Origin: Chloroflexota bacterium
GTDB lineage: Bacteria; Chloroflexota; UBA11872
Assembly: GCA_022826485.1 (NCBI GenBank)
Contig: JAJDUU010000025.1
Coordinates: forward strand, 87,986-151,985
Length of the DNA stretch: 64,000 nucleotides
Direction of reading: 5' to 3'
Of this stretch, positions 1 through 9,308 are shown in pieces. Each line of letters starts with the position of its first letter. Positions within the stretch are counted from its first letter, which is position 1. The notes below the pieces were generated by a model that did not search any database, was not told the origin of the DNA, and saw nothing but the letters and a program-made list of their open reading frames with translations. The translations under genes were made by a program, and so were the position numbers.

Positions 1-281
1 TCGCGCGTCTCGTGCAGCACCTCGATGCCGTGGGCCCGCACCTCTTCCAGCGCCTCGTCAACGTCATCGACCGCGAGCGCCACGAGCACTCTGGGCGGCT
101 GAAGGCCCACATGCGCGGGCGTAACCGCCAGCGTCACGGAGCCCGCCTGAAACTCGCGCCAGTCATCGTCCTGAATCCCGGTCTCCGGCAGCCCAATCAC
201 GTCGCGGTAGAACCGCGCGGTCCGGTCGACGTCGTCGGCAACGATCCAGACGAAATCGACGCCTTTGATCTGCAGTCCCAC
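1..281 (-). CDS. VOC/glyoxalase family protein (runs off the window edge)
   Basis: Not in ORF track; manual translation from GTG at 281: MGLQIKGVDFVWIVADDVDRTARFYRDVIGL...ALAVDDVDEALEEVRAHGIEV, typical VOC motifs. Confidence 0.8.
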   Translation of the reverse strand, partial: MGLQIKGVDFVWIVADDVDRTARFYRDVIGLPETGIQDDDWREFQAGSVTLAVTPAHVGLQPPRVLVALAVDDVDEALEEVRAHGIEVLHETR

Positions 282-414
282 GCTTTCCCACCACTGTCCG
301 CGGCCGTTTCACCTGCCCATAATGCAGCCGCGCCGGGGATGCCGTCGATGCGGCCCGTAGGAAGCTTGCGGCGCGCTGCTCGGCCTCTACGAGTTCATGC
401 GGGCCACGACCGAT

Positions 415-468
415 CCGTTCGCCCTGAGCTTGTCGAAGGGCGTGGTTCGACAGGCTCACCACGAACGG
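415..468. repeat. Palindromic REP-like element (CCGTTCGCCCTGAGCTTGTCGAAGGG...TTCGACAGGCTCACCACGAACGG)
   Basis: Imperfect inverted repeat in intergenic DNA between divergent genes. Confidence 0.75.
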
Positions 469-593
469 ATTGAGATTCTCGCGAAGGAGCACTTGCCAAA
501 GTGCTCGCGGGCGTTGCGTCTGGAAGGCGATGGGAGATTCCCAGCTTCTTATCCTGGGCTCCAATCCTCGTCGATAGTCCGGTGGGAGAAACC

Positions 594-1187
594 GTGCGAG
601 AACTTGTGCTGGTGCGTCACTCGCAGCCGGAGATCGAGCCCGACCGACCGGCGGCGACGTGGAGACTCAGCGAGCTCGGACGGCGTCGCGCCGAGTCGCT
701 GGCCGCCCGCCTTGGCCACTACCGAGCAAATGTGATCTGGTGCAGCCGGGAGCCCAAGGCTAAAGAGACCGGGGAGATCATCGGGCACGCGCTCGGTCTC
801 CCGCTGCGCGTCAGGGATGGGCTCGAAGAGCATCACCGACGCAACGTGCCTTTCATTCAAAGCGCCCAAGAGTTCGAGCAAGCGGTCGAGGAGTTCTTAT
901 CGCGGCCTGCCCGGCTGGTCCTGGGCTCCGAGACCGCCAACCAGGCCCGCGACCGATTCACCGCTGCGATTGAAGCCGTACTGCAAGCGGATTTCGAGGA
1001 TGTCATCGTGGTCACTCACGGCACGGTGATGGCGCTATACCTCGCGCGCATTGCCAACGTCGAGCCCATGAGCTTCTGGCGAGAGTTGAAGACGCCGTGC
1101 TTCGTCGGGGTTGAGATTCCCCGCATGCGCGTCGGCCCCATCGTGGGTTCCGGTGAAGCGTCGAGATCGGTTGGTCGGACGAGCTAA
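594..1187 (+). CDS. Histidine phosphatase family protein
   Basis: LVLVRHS (RHG-like), SREPKAKETG, VIVVTHG motifs; start moved to GTG 594 (track ORF begins at 501). Confidence 0.85.
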   Translation: MRELVLVRHSQPEIEPDRPAATWRLSELGRRRAESLAARLGHYRANVIWCSREPKAKETGEIIGHALGLPLRVRDGLEEHHRRNVPFIQSAQEFEQAVEEFLSRPARLVLGSETANQARDRFTAAIEAVLQADFEDVIVVTHGTVMALYLARIANVEPMSFWRELKTPCFVGVEIPRMRVGPIVGSGEASRSVGRTS

Positions 1188-2368
1188 CCGCCGCTTCCGC
1201 CCGCCGGCTCCGGCCGTGGATGAACGTAACGTCCGCCGCCCACGTGTCGGGCCAGGCCTTTGAGCTCCAGCATGGTGAGGATGGCCGAGACGCGGTGGGC
1301 GGGCAGTTTGGCGGTCTCGGCCATGGCGTCGATGTGCTTGGGTGAGGCGTTGAGCTGATTGGCGATGGGGCGTTCGTCGGCGTCCGGCTCCACGACCGGT
1401 TGCAGCGCCAGTTGGACCGGATCGACCGAGACGCCCAGCGTTTCCAGCACCTCGGCGGCCGAGGTCACGGCGCGCGCCTCGCCGCGGAAGATCAGCGCAT
1501 TCGTGCCCTGGCTGCCGGCTTTGAAGATGTCGCCGGGCACGGCCATGATCTCGCGGTTGTGCTCAATGGCGTAGCGCGCGGTGATCAGCGCCCCGCTGGG
1601 AAGCGGCGCCTCGACCACGATGGTTCCCAGCACCAGCCCGCTGATGATGCGGTTGCGCTGCGGGAAGTTCTCCGCCGAGCCGCGCATCCACACGGGGTAT
1701 TCCGTGGCGATGGCGCCCTGCTCCGCAATCTGTCGCGCCAATGTCCGGTTTGCAGTCGGGTAGACCGTGCCTAGCCCCGTACCCCATACGGCGATGGTCG
1801 GTCCGCCGGCGTCGAGCGCCGCGCGGTGCGCCACACTGTCCACGCCAGATGCCATGCCGCTCACAATGGTGATACCGCTGCCGGCGAGGTCGCCGGCGAG
1901 CCGTTCCGTGACGAGCCGGGCATAGGTGCTCATGCGCCGCGTGCCGACGATAGCGACGGCCCGATCGTGGGACAGAACGTCGACGTCCCCGCGGACGTGC
2001 AGCAGCGCCGGCGGGTCGGCGATTTCCCGCAGCCTGGCGGGGTACGCCGGATCGTCCCAGGCGATCGCGCGGCCGTCCGCCTTCTCCAGGGCGGCCAGCG
2101 CGGCCTCGGGCTCGATGTCGCGGCGCGCGTCGAGCAGCTGATCGATGACCTTGGCCTCGAGCCCGGCCCGACGCAGCTCACCCGCGGAAGCGGCCCAGGC
2201 TTGCTCCATGCTGGCGAACGACCGCCGCAAGGCCCACACGGCGCCCGAGCTGACCCCGCGCACGGCGTTGAGCGCCACCCAATACGCCAGATCGTCCGGC
2301 GTGCGGCCGGTGGGCTCCGGGAAGTCGTGCGCGCCCGCCGGCTCGGTCGCGGGCCGTATGTCACTCAC
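1184..2368 (-). CDS. dprA: DNA-processing protein DprA
   Basis: YPARLREIADPP, AIVGTRRMSTY, IVSGMASGVD, NFPQRNRIISG, SGALITA, C-terminal winged helix; start estimated at GTG 2368. Confidence 0.95.
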   Translation of the reverse strand: MSDIRPATEPAGAHDFPEPTGRTPDDLAYWVALNAVRGVSSGAVWALRRSFASMEQAWAASAGELRRAGLEAKVIDQLLDARRDIEPEAALAALEKADGRAIAWDDPAYPARLREIADPPALLHVRGDVDVLSHDRAVAIVGTRRMSTYARLVTERLAGDLAGSGITIVSGMASGVDSVAHRAALDAGGPTIAVWGTGLGTVYPTANRTLARQIAEQGAIATEYPVWMRGSAENFPQRNRIISGLVLGTIVVEAPLPSGALITARYAIEHNREIMAVPGDIFKAGSQGTNALIFRGEARAVTSAAEVLETLGVSVDPVQLALQPVVEPDADERPIANQLNASPKHIDAMAETAKLPAHRVSAILTMLELKGLARHVGGGRYVHPRPEPAGGSGG

Positions 2369-2482
2369 TCCCGTAGCGTAGCCACGGCATCCGGTGCGCG
2401 CGACATTCGGCCGGTGAGGCGCTCGGCCTGCCATGATGACGGCAAACGGCGTTGGGCCAAGTCGAAGAAGGAGCGCAGCGGA

Positions 2483-3487
2483 ATGGCAGACCAGAGCGGC
2501 AAGCTGCGGGCGGCGCTGATCGGCATCGGGCATGACCATGCGTGGGGCAAGGTGCAGGCCATCTGCCGCTCCAAAGACATGGAACTCGTCGGCGCGTTCG
2601 AGCCGGACGCGTCGGAGTGGGGACGGCAGCAAGCCGAGGACCGGTTCACGGACGTGGCGGCCATGTCCGAGGTCGACGTGCTGCACGACGAGACGATTCC
2701 GGTCGTGTTCGTCGAGACGCTCCCGCGCCACAACTTGCGCTGGGCGCGCCGCGCGTTGGAGCACGGCAAGCACCTCCACATCGACAAGGCGCCGTCACCG
2801 TCGCTGGCCGACCTGCGGGCGGTGCTCGACATGGCCGCGGCGCGCAACCTGCACGTCCAGATGGGCTATCAGTTCCGCTACAACCCGGCGATCGAGCTGG
2901 CGCTGCGCGCCATGCGCGAGGGCTGGCTCGGAAACGTCACCCGCATCAACGTCGACATTCCGACCAACATCGCCAGCTACGCGAAAATCCGAGCCAAGGA
3001 CGGCGCGCACGACGGCGCGCTGTTCTACCTGCTGGGATGCCATGTGCTCGACGCGGCCATGCTGTTTCTCGGCAAGCCCTCCAGCGTGTGGGCCAGCCAT
3101 CGGCGAGACGCGCGCGGACACGGCGAGGCGTTCGAGGACAACTGCACGGCGGTGTTGGAGTATCCCGGCGCGGTGACGCTCTTGCAGACCTGGGTGACCG
3201 GCAACGACCCCATGCACCACCGGCGCTTCCAGGTGATCGGCGAGCGCGGCTCGGTGCTGATCGAGCCGATCGAGCCGCCGGGCGTGCGCCTGTTCCTCAG
3301 CGAAGCGCATGAGGACTTTCCCGCGGGATGGAGCGAGCCCACGATCCCCATGCGCCCCAGGTACGACGGCGACATCGAGGACCTGGCCGCCTGGATCCGG
3401 GGCGACCGTGCGCCGGCATACAGCGCGGCACACGACTTGGCCGTGCACGAGACGCTGTTGCGCATCTGCGGAGTGATTGGCGGCTAA
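2483..3487 (+). CDS. Gfo/Idh/MocA family oxidoreductase
   Basis: ALIGIGHDHA, GKHLHIDKAP, QMGYQFRYNP, LGCHVLD; AAGGAG RBS upstream of ATG 2483. Confidence 0.85.
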   Translation: MADQSGKLRAALIGIGHDHAWGKVQAICRSKDMELVGAFEPDASEWGRQQAEDRFTDVAAMSEVDVLHDETIPVVFVETLPRHNLRWARRALEHGKHLHIDKAPSPSLADLRAVLDMAAARNLHVQMGYQFRYNPAIELALRAMREGWLGNVTRINVDIPTNIASYAKIRAKDGAHDGALFYLLGCHVLDAAMLFLGKPSSVWASHRRDARGHGEAFEDNCTAVLEYPGAVTLLQTWVTGNDPMHHRRFQVIGERGSVLIEPIEPPGVRLFLSEAHEDFPAGWSEPTIPMRPRYDGDIEDLAAWIRGDRAPAYSAAHDLAVHETLLRICGVIGG

Positions 3488-3501
3488 GCGCGTCCGGCGG
3501 G

Positions 3502-4287
3502 CTAGGGCGTAGCGTCCCGCGAGATGCTGCGGATCTCAGCACCGACGCCGGGCTCAATGCGGCACTCGGCGGCGACGCCCTCATTCACCTCGATGGCGTA
3601 GCGGGCGGGCGCCGCCGACCGGGTGATCGGCAGGTCCGGCGCGGTCTCGCGCTCCGGGCGCATGGTCTGCACGTCCACGACAACCGAAGCGCCGTTGATG
3701 AAGATGATGTCGAGCGGGATGAGCGTGCCCTTCATCCAGAAGCTGAGGACCTGGTCATTGGCGTAGACGAACAGCATGCCGCGATCTCGCCCCAGGGACT
3801 CGCGGCCCATGAGGCCCACGGCGCGCTCTTCCGGATCGTCCGCCACTTCCAGATAGAGCTCGCAGGCGCCGATGGACGCCGCCGCCTGGATCTCCGGGCC
3901 AAGCGCAGGGGGCGGTGTTGGCGTGGCTGTGGCGGTGGGCACGGGTGACGCTGACGGGGTCGCGTTTGGGATTGGCGACGACCGTCGAGTGGGGACGGCT
4001 GTCGCGGTCGGCGTGGGTGTCGGCGACGGTGTGGGAGTAGGGACAGTCGTCGCCGTGGGTGCCGGTGCCGGCGCCGGCGACGGGGAAGGCGTCGGCGTCG
4101 GGTCTCGCCTCGGCGCGGTCGTTGCCGTCGGCGTAGACGTCTGAGCCGGGGCGCGGGTCGGAGACTCAGTTGCGGTTGGCGGTTGGGCCGCCAGGGGAGC
4201 TTCGGCGGGCGCCGCGCCGCATGCGACCAGCAGCGCCGCGGCGGAAACGGCGGTTGCAAAGCCCATCGCCGCTCGCACCGCCCTCAT
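3502..4287 (-). CDS. DUF192-family lipoprotein with Pro/Thr-rich linker
   Basis: Lipobox LLVAC, PT repeats, then LEVADDPEERAVGLMGR..GMLFVY..FWMKGTLIPLDIIFI. Confidence 0.85.
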   Translation of the reverse strand: MRAVRAAMGFATAVSAAALLVACGAAPAEAPLAAQPPTATESPTRAPAQTSTPTATTAPRRDPTPTPSPSPAPAPAPTATTVPTPTPSPTPTPTATAVPTRRSSPIPNATPSASPVPTATATPTPPPALGPEIQAAASIGACELYLEVADDPEERAVGLMGRESLGRDRGMLFVYANDQVLSFWMKGTLIPLDIIFINGASVVVDVQTMRPERETAPDLPITRSAAPARYAIEVNEGVAAECRIEPGVGAEIRSISRDATP

Positions 4288-4326
4288 GCGGCGACCACGG
4301 TCACCAGCCTCGCCCGTCTGGCGCCG

Positions 4327-4770
4327 TCAGCCTTCGTCCGCGAGCGCCTGGTGCTCACGCAGCGCGATGGTGTCCGAGTGGTCGGCGGGATACGGCGGCG
4401 ACGTCACGAACAGCACCCGCGCCGCCGTCTCCCCGACGCAGGCAAACTCGATGGTCTCGTGCGGCAGGGAGACGACGCACTCTCCGGCTTCCAGCTCGAC
4501 GCTCCGTGGTTGGCGCTTGGCTTCATCGAACGAGGTGACGCGAACGCGCCCGGCCAGCACGTAGGTGACCTGTTCGAGGGTGCGGTGCGCGTGCGGCCGG
4601 TAGGCCGCGCCGGGCTCCAGCAGACCCTCTGCAAGCGTCATGTGGCGCGCGGGCGCCAGATCGAACGGCCACACGGGCACGTCGTCCGGCGCCACGACGC
4701 GCGGGCCGGGACGCCGCACCCGCAGCGTCGCATTGCCCACCTGGTGCGTCCTAGGCGTGGGCGCCCTCAC
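4327..4770 (-). CDS. Cupin domain protein
   Basis: PHAHRTLEQVTYVLAGRVRV ... LEAGECVVSLPHE cupin motifs. Confidence 0.8.
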   Translation of the reverse strand: MRAPTPRTHQVGNATLRVRRPGPRVVAPDDVPVWPFDLAPARHMTLAEGLLEPGAAYRPHAHRTLEQVTYVLAGRVRVTSFDEAKRQPRSVELEAGECVVSLPHETIEFACVGETAARVLFVTSPPYPADHSDTIALREHQALADEG

Positions 4771-5533
4771 CGAGCGAGACCGGCACGCCTTCCAGGTAGC
4801 CCGCCTCGTGCATTTGCACCCACTCGTCCATGAACGTGTCGTTCCACTGGTCGGTGAGCGGATGCTCCATCAGCTCGGCAAAGACGTTCCAGAAGATGAT
4901 GATGCCGTCGGCGCCGTCGCGCAGCGCCGCGATGGCGGTGTCGACCGAGCGCACCAGCGCCGCCGTCACGTAGGGCCGCTGCTCCCAGCCGCGGAACATC
5001 GCCACGCAATCGCGCACCAGCTTGGTCGGATCGCCGCCCATCTGCTTGACCGGCTCGCAGAAGGGCAGGATGTGCGTCGCGCCGGCCTGGGCGACCGCCG
5101 CCGCCTGGCCAAGTGAGAAGCACGTCGTGCAAAAGGTCTCCACGCCCTCGGCCTTGAGCACGCTGAACGCTTCGAGACCGTGCACGGCGCAGGGAATCTT
5201 GATGACGATCCGGTCCGACATGCGCGTGAACACATGCGAGACGTCCAGCAGCTCCTGGGTCGTGTGCCCGTCAACCTCCACCACCACCTGCTTGTCGGTG
5301 ACGTCCAGGTAGCGCTTGATCAGCTCGGTGAGCGGTCCGTACTTCTGAACCATCTCGTTGAGCACGACCGTGTTGGTCACGATGCCGTATCCGCCGCGCG
5401 GCAGCCAGACCTTGAGGTCCTCGGGATCGCCGGCCAGCCAGATCGCCGGCCCGGTCCCCCGCTGCTTGGCTGCCGGCACCGGCCCGGCTGCCGGCGCGCC
5501 GTTGGCGTGTGCCATTGCGTTACTCACTGTCAT
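4751..5533 (-). CDS. Divergent transaldolase / fructose-6-phosphate aldolase family protein
   Basis: GIVTNT, VVVEV, Schiff-base IVIKIP, TTCFSLGQAAAVAQAGA; canonical SPFxGR replaced by LPFCEP. Confidence 0.75.
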   Translation of the reverse strand: MTVSNAMAHANGAPAAGPVPAAKQRGTGPAIWLAGDPEDLKVWLPRGGYGIVTNTVVLNEMVQKYGPLTELIKRYLDVTDKQVVVEVDGHTTQELLDVSHVFTRMSDRIVIKIPCAVHGLEAFSVLKAEGVETFCTTCFSLGQAAAVAQAGATHILPFCEPVKQMGGDPTKLVRDCVAMFRGWEQRPYVTAALVRSVDTAIAALRDGADGIIIFWNVFAELMEHPLTDQWNDTFMDEWVQMHEAGYLEGVPVSLGEGAHA

Positions 5534-5939
5534 GCCTCCCGTCGACCAGCTGCAATCCCATGTCCTGTGTGGCGTCGGTGTCGAGGAAGCTGATTCGCCA
5601 GCCCGACGAGCTCACGATCGGCGCCGTGCCGCCGATGCCGTGGGCGCCGTCCAGGGTCGCGAGCGTGGCGTCCATGGCGTCGTCGCGAAAGGCCACGTGG
5701 TGCACGCTGGCGCCGTGCTCGTCGAGGTGCGCGGCGAACTTGCTGCGTGAAGGGTCGGTGGGGCAGATCAGCTCCAGGAACGCGCCCGATTCCCCGACTC
5801 TCAGCGCGGCGTAACGGTTGCCCTCTTCTTCGGATGCCCAGATTTGCTCGGCTTCCATGCCCAGCGTGTCGCGGAAGAGCTCCAACGCCCGGTCGAGGTC
5901 CGGGACGACGTAGGCCACGTGGTGAATTGCGTCGAACAT
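5520..5939 (-). CDS. VOC family protein (methylmalonyl-CoA epimerase-like)
   Basis: IHHVAYVVPDLDRALELF, FLELICP, VHHVAFR. Confidence 0.8.
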   Translation of the reverse strand: MFDAIHHVAYVVPDLDRALELFRDTLGMEAEQIWASEEEGNRYAALRVGESGAFLELICPTDPSRSKFAAHLDEHGASVHHVAFRDDAMDATLATLDGAHGIGGTAPIVSSSGWRISFLDTDATQDMGLQLVDGRHDSE

Positions 5940-6040
5940 GCCAACTCTCGCTTTGACGTGCGGCTATGGCCCAGAGTTTACGTGGCGCGGCGGTCGCTGG
6001 CTGCCGCGCGGTGAATCCCAGCGGCTGCTCCGGTCGGACT

Positions 6041-6796
6041 TTATGCCCTCGACGCTCTCGTTCCCGAATAGGGCGAACGCGCCGGGCGGTTCGGCGTGGT
6101 GGCGCTGGGGCAGATGTCGTTGAGCGTGCACGTGTCGCATTGCGGCTGGCGCGCCTCGCACACGCGCCGCCCGTGAAAGATCACGCCGATGCCCGTGAAG
6201 ATCCAGTCGTCGCGGTCGATCAGATCCATCAGGTCGCGCTCGATCCGCACCGGCTCGTCGTGCTTGGTGAACCCCAGCCGCTGCGACAGCCGGGCGACGT
6301 GCGTGTCCACCACCACTCCGCTCGGGATGCCGAACGCCTCGCCCAGCACCACGTTGGCGGTCTTGCGGGCCACGCCGCGCAGCTTGAGCAGCGACTCCAT
6401 GGTCGTCGGCACCTGGCCGTCAAACTCCTCGACAAGGTGAGCGGCGGTCGCCCGGATCGACCTGGCTTTCTGACGGTAGAAGCCGGTGGGGTGCACGATG
6501 TCTTCCACGTCTTCCTGCGGCGCCGACGCCAGCGCCTCGGCCGTGGGATAGCGAGCGAACAGCGTTGGCGTCACCTTGTTGACCGCCACGTCGGTGGTCT
6601 GGGCCGAGAGGATCACGGCGATCAAGAGCTGGAACGGGTCGGTGTAGGTCAGCTCGGCCGCGGCCTCGGGATAGAGTCCACGCAGGCGGTGGATGATCTC
6701 GGCCGTCCGCGCGCGGCGCGCGGCCTTTGACTCGCGCCAGCTGCGCACCGGCGGGCCCGACCGCCGCCTGGAGTCCCTGCCGCGCCGCGCTGCCAT
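6041..6796 (-). CDS. nth: Endonuclease III
   Basis: FQLLIAVILSAQTTD, HhH GVARKTANVV, VDTHVARL, Fe-S motif CEARQPQCDTCTLNDIC; start chosen at ATG 6796. Confidence 0.95.
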   Translation of the reverse strand: MAARRGRDSRRRSGPPVRSWRESKAARRARTAEIIHRLRGLYPEAAAELTYTDPFQLLIAVILSAQTTDVAVNKVTPTLFARYPTAEALASAPQEDVEDIVHPTGFYRQKARSIRATAAHLVEEFDGQVPTTMESLLKLRGVARKTANVVLGEAFGIPSGVVVDTHVARLSQRLGFTKHDEPVRIERDLMDLIDRDDWIFTGIGVIFHGRRVCEARQPQCDTCTLNDICPSATTPNRPARSPYSGTRASRA

Positions 6797-6955
6797 TCGC
6801 GGAGCATATCGCGCAGGCCGTCGCCGGGACCCGCGATGCGCTTTCACTGAAGCGTGCGTGGGGTCCCTCACAGATGGCCGTTGATATCATCGGGCAACCT
6901 TGATACTCGGTATGGCTGCAATTAACGGACGCGCGTCGATCCGAGGCGAGAGACC

Positions 6956-8854
6956 ATGACGGCTGAACAGTCGGGCCAATCGCCGAAGCGGCGCGCCCTT
7001 CTCCTGGCCGGCCTGGGAGTCGTCGGATTCGCGGCGGCCGCTCCGGTCGCCCTGGTCGCGGCGCTGTTGCGCGGTGACGATGGATTGTTGCCGGCAGGCA
7101 TGCAGATCGACGGCGTGGCCTTGGCCGGGCTCTCGCCGGAGGAGGCCCTGGCGCGGCTTGACGCGCACTGGGCGTCCTATCTCGCGAACCCGGTGAGCTT
7201 CGAGCTTGGCGGCCGCATGTGGCATCCGTCGGCTGCCGATGTCGGCCTCACCGTGGACTACCGCGCGTCCTTACGGAGTGCAATTGCCGCTCAGGGCGGC
7301 GGCGGGATTACGCGTCGGATCTCCGAGCCGCCGGCGTCCATTGATCGAGCGCTGGTCGCCGCGAGGTTCGACGCGGACGTGCTGCGCGCCTACGTGGCCG
7401 GCATTGCCCTCGGATTCGATCAGCCCGCCGTGGACGCCGGCCTCGCCATGGCTGGAGCCGAGGTGGTGTCCGTGCGACCCGGGCAGACCGGTCGCGTGGT
7501 GGATGTCGAGGCGGCGGTGCGGGCCGTCGGCGATCTCACGCAACCGGTATCGCTGCGGCGGGTGATCACGCTGACCTTTCGCGAGGACTTTCCGGCCTAT
7601 ACCACGGACCACGTGCGCGCCGCGCTCGACGAGATCACGCGCTTGACCAGCGCACCGCTGTGGCTGACGCACAAGGGCCGGGGTTGGACCGTCACCCCCG
7701 AGGAGTTGCGGGCCGCCATCGATCTCCAGGGCGACGGCAACCAACTGACCCCAACCCTGGACTTCACGCGCTTCAACGACCTGTTCACGCTCATCGACGA
7801 CACCCTTGCCGCCGAGCCGCACCCAACCGTGTTCGACTACGACGAGGCGCGCAATCGCGTGCTGGCCTTCGAGGTGGGCAATCCCGGGCAGATCGTCGAT
7901 CGCGCCGCGCTCGAGGAGGCAATGGCGCGGGCGGTGGCCTCCCCTGAGGACCGCGTGGTGGAAATCCCCCTCATCCTGCTCAACACGGGCGCCGATTTCG
8001 CTCAGAATCCGTTGGGTATTCGGGATCTGCTGGCCATCGGCGACTCGATCTACAAGGGGTCTCCCGACTACCGCCTGCACAACATCGCCGTGGGCGCCAG
8101 GAAGCTTGACGGCCTGGTCGTGCCGGCGGGCGAGACGTTCTCCTTCCTGCAGAGCATCGGGCCGTTCGAGCTGCGCCACGGCTGGGTCGAGGGCAGCGTC
8201 ATCCTCGAGGACAAGACCGAACAGGGCATTGGCGGCGGTATCTGCCAGGTCTCGACCACGCTCTTTCGCGCCGTGCTGAACGCCGGACTGCGAATCGAAG
8301 AGCGGTGGCCGCACCTCTATCGGGTGCGCTATTACGAGATGGGTCCGGCGCCGATTGGGATCGACGCGACGATCTTCAGCCCCGGGCTCGACTTCAAGTT
8401 TCGCAACGACACCGAGCACCCGATCATGCTGCGCGCGCACGCGGACGAAGACATCGGCGCCCTGACGTTCGAGGTCTGGGGCGTCAACGATGGTCGACGG
8501 GTCGAAATCGTGGACCACGAGCTGCAGAACTGGGAAGACCCGCCGCCGGATGAAGGCATCCTCGAGCCGACGGAGGATCCCGAGTTCGAGGAGCAGGTCG
8601 AGTGGGCTAAGCGCGGCGTGCTGGCGGCCTTCTCACGCGTGATCGCATGGCCCGACGGCAGCGAGACCAGATCGACCTTTCGCTCCAGCTTCGTTCCGTG
8701 GCCCAACCGCTATGTCGTCGGTATCGACGTGGCGAAGGCCAAGTTCCCGACGCAGTACAACGAGTGGTTCGACGAGAACCCTGAAGATGCCGCGCGCTGG
8801 GGCGTGAATCGGGCGCCCGACCCGCCCCCCGATCCGGACGCGCCGGCCGGTTAG
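6956..8854 (+). CDS. VanW family protein with peptidoglycan-binding repeats
   Basis: N-terminal TM segment; RLHNIAV..LDGLVVPAGETFSF, GIGGGICQVSTTLFRA, DATIF, DFKFRNDT. Confidence 0.9.
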   Translation: MTAEQSGQSPKRRALLLAGLGVVGFAAAAPVALVAALLRGDDGLLPAGMQIDGVALAGLSPEEALARLDAHWASYLANPVSFELGGRMWHPSAADVGLTVDYRASLRSAIAAQGGGGITRRISEPPASIDRALVAARFDADVLRAYVAGIALGFDQPAVDAGLAMAGAEVVSVRPGQTGRVVDVEAAVRAVGDLTQPVSLRRVITLTFREDFPAYTTDHVRAALDEITRLTSAPLWLTHKGRGWTVTPEELRAAIDLQGDGNQLTPTLDFTRFNDLFTLIDDTLAAEPHPTVFDYDEARNRVLAFEVGNPGQIVDRAALEEAMARAVASPEDRVVEIPLILLNTGADFAQNPLGIRDLLAIGDSIYKGSPDYRLHNIAVGARKLDGLVVPAGETFSFLQSIGPFELRHGWVEGSVILEDKTEQGIGGGICQVSTTLFRAVLNAGLRIEERWPHLYRVRYYEMGPAPIGIDATIFSPGLDFKFRNDTEHPIMLRAHADEDIGALTFEVWGVNDGRRVEIVDHELQNWEDPPPDEGILEPTEDPEFEEQVEWAKRGVLAAFSRVIAWPDGSETRSTFRSSFVPWPNRYVVGIDVAKAKFPTQYNEWFDENPEDAARWGVNRAPDPPPDPDAPAG

Positions 8855-8882
8855 CCGCTTTCGACGGCGAGTCACGTTTTGT

Positions 8883-8910
8883 CCGTCATTCCCGCGGAGG
8901 CGGGAATCCA
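8883..8910 (+). repeat. REP-like repeat family A (CCGTCATTCCCGCGGAGGCGGGAATCCA; ATTCCC-N8-GGGAAT)
   Basis: Hairpin just downstream of VanW; related copies at 11010, 11048, 12537, 29536, 50919, 54860. Confidence 0.85.
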
Positions 8911-9067
8911 CGCCCCGATCTTTACCAGACGATCTGAGCGTGCGGGAAGCTATCGCGGTGGCGACCTCTCATCTTGCAGGCCCCGATGTCGCAGTAGCGC
9001 TCCACCCCGCCGCCCGGCCGCTAGCCAAGCGGCCGCGCGCCCTTCTAGGATGGGAAGGACGAGATCG

Positions 9068-9144
9068 CGGGGCGTGGCGCAGTCTGGCAGCGCGCATCGT
9101 TTGGGACGATGAGGTCGCGAGTTCAAATCTCGCCGCCCCGACCA
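9068..9144 (+). tRNA. tRNA-Pro(UGG)
   Basis: Cloverleaf CGGGGCG...CGCCCCG-A-CCA, anticodon arm CATCG-TTTGGGA-CGATG, T loop GTTCAAATC, 77 nt. Confidence 0.97.
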
Positions 9145-9308
9145 GCGAACGTTCGCGAAGCATAGGGCGCACGCTTGGCGCCGACCGCCGGAGGCAGCCG
9201 CCGGCGCTCGAGTTGCCGGATGATTGACGTGGTGACGAGAACGACAACTCGGATTGCTGGAGCTGCCGGCGGCGGGCATTCCGCCTCGCCGGCCGTCGTC
9301 CTCCTCGC

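Noticed and set aside
1826-2779. Apparent long overlap between the dprA ORF and the Gfo/Idh/MocA ORF
   Set aside because: Artefact of upstream start choice; motif-based starts (2368 minus, 2483 plus) give a normal divergent pair.
6956-8854. VanW as evidence of a vancomycin resistance cluster
   Set aside because: No vanA/B, vanH, vanX or vanRS nearby; stand-alone VanW-domain proteins are common.
9068-9156. tRNA-Pro and tRNA-Gly (55017-55089) as integration sites
   Set aside because: No integrase, and I found no duplicated tRNA 3' end in the window; flanking genes look ordinary.
9145-9156. Palindrome GCGAACGTTCGC as a LexA box
   Set aside because: Lacks the 4-nt spacer of GAAC-N4-GTTC and is not upstream of an SOS gene.
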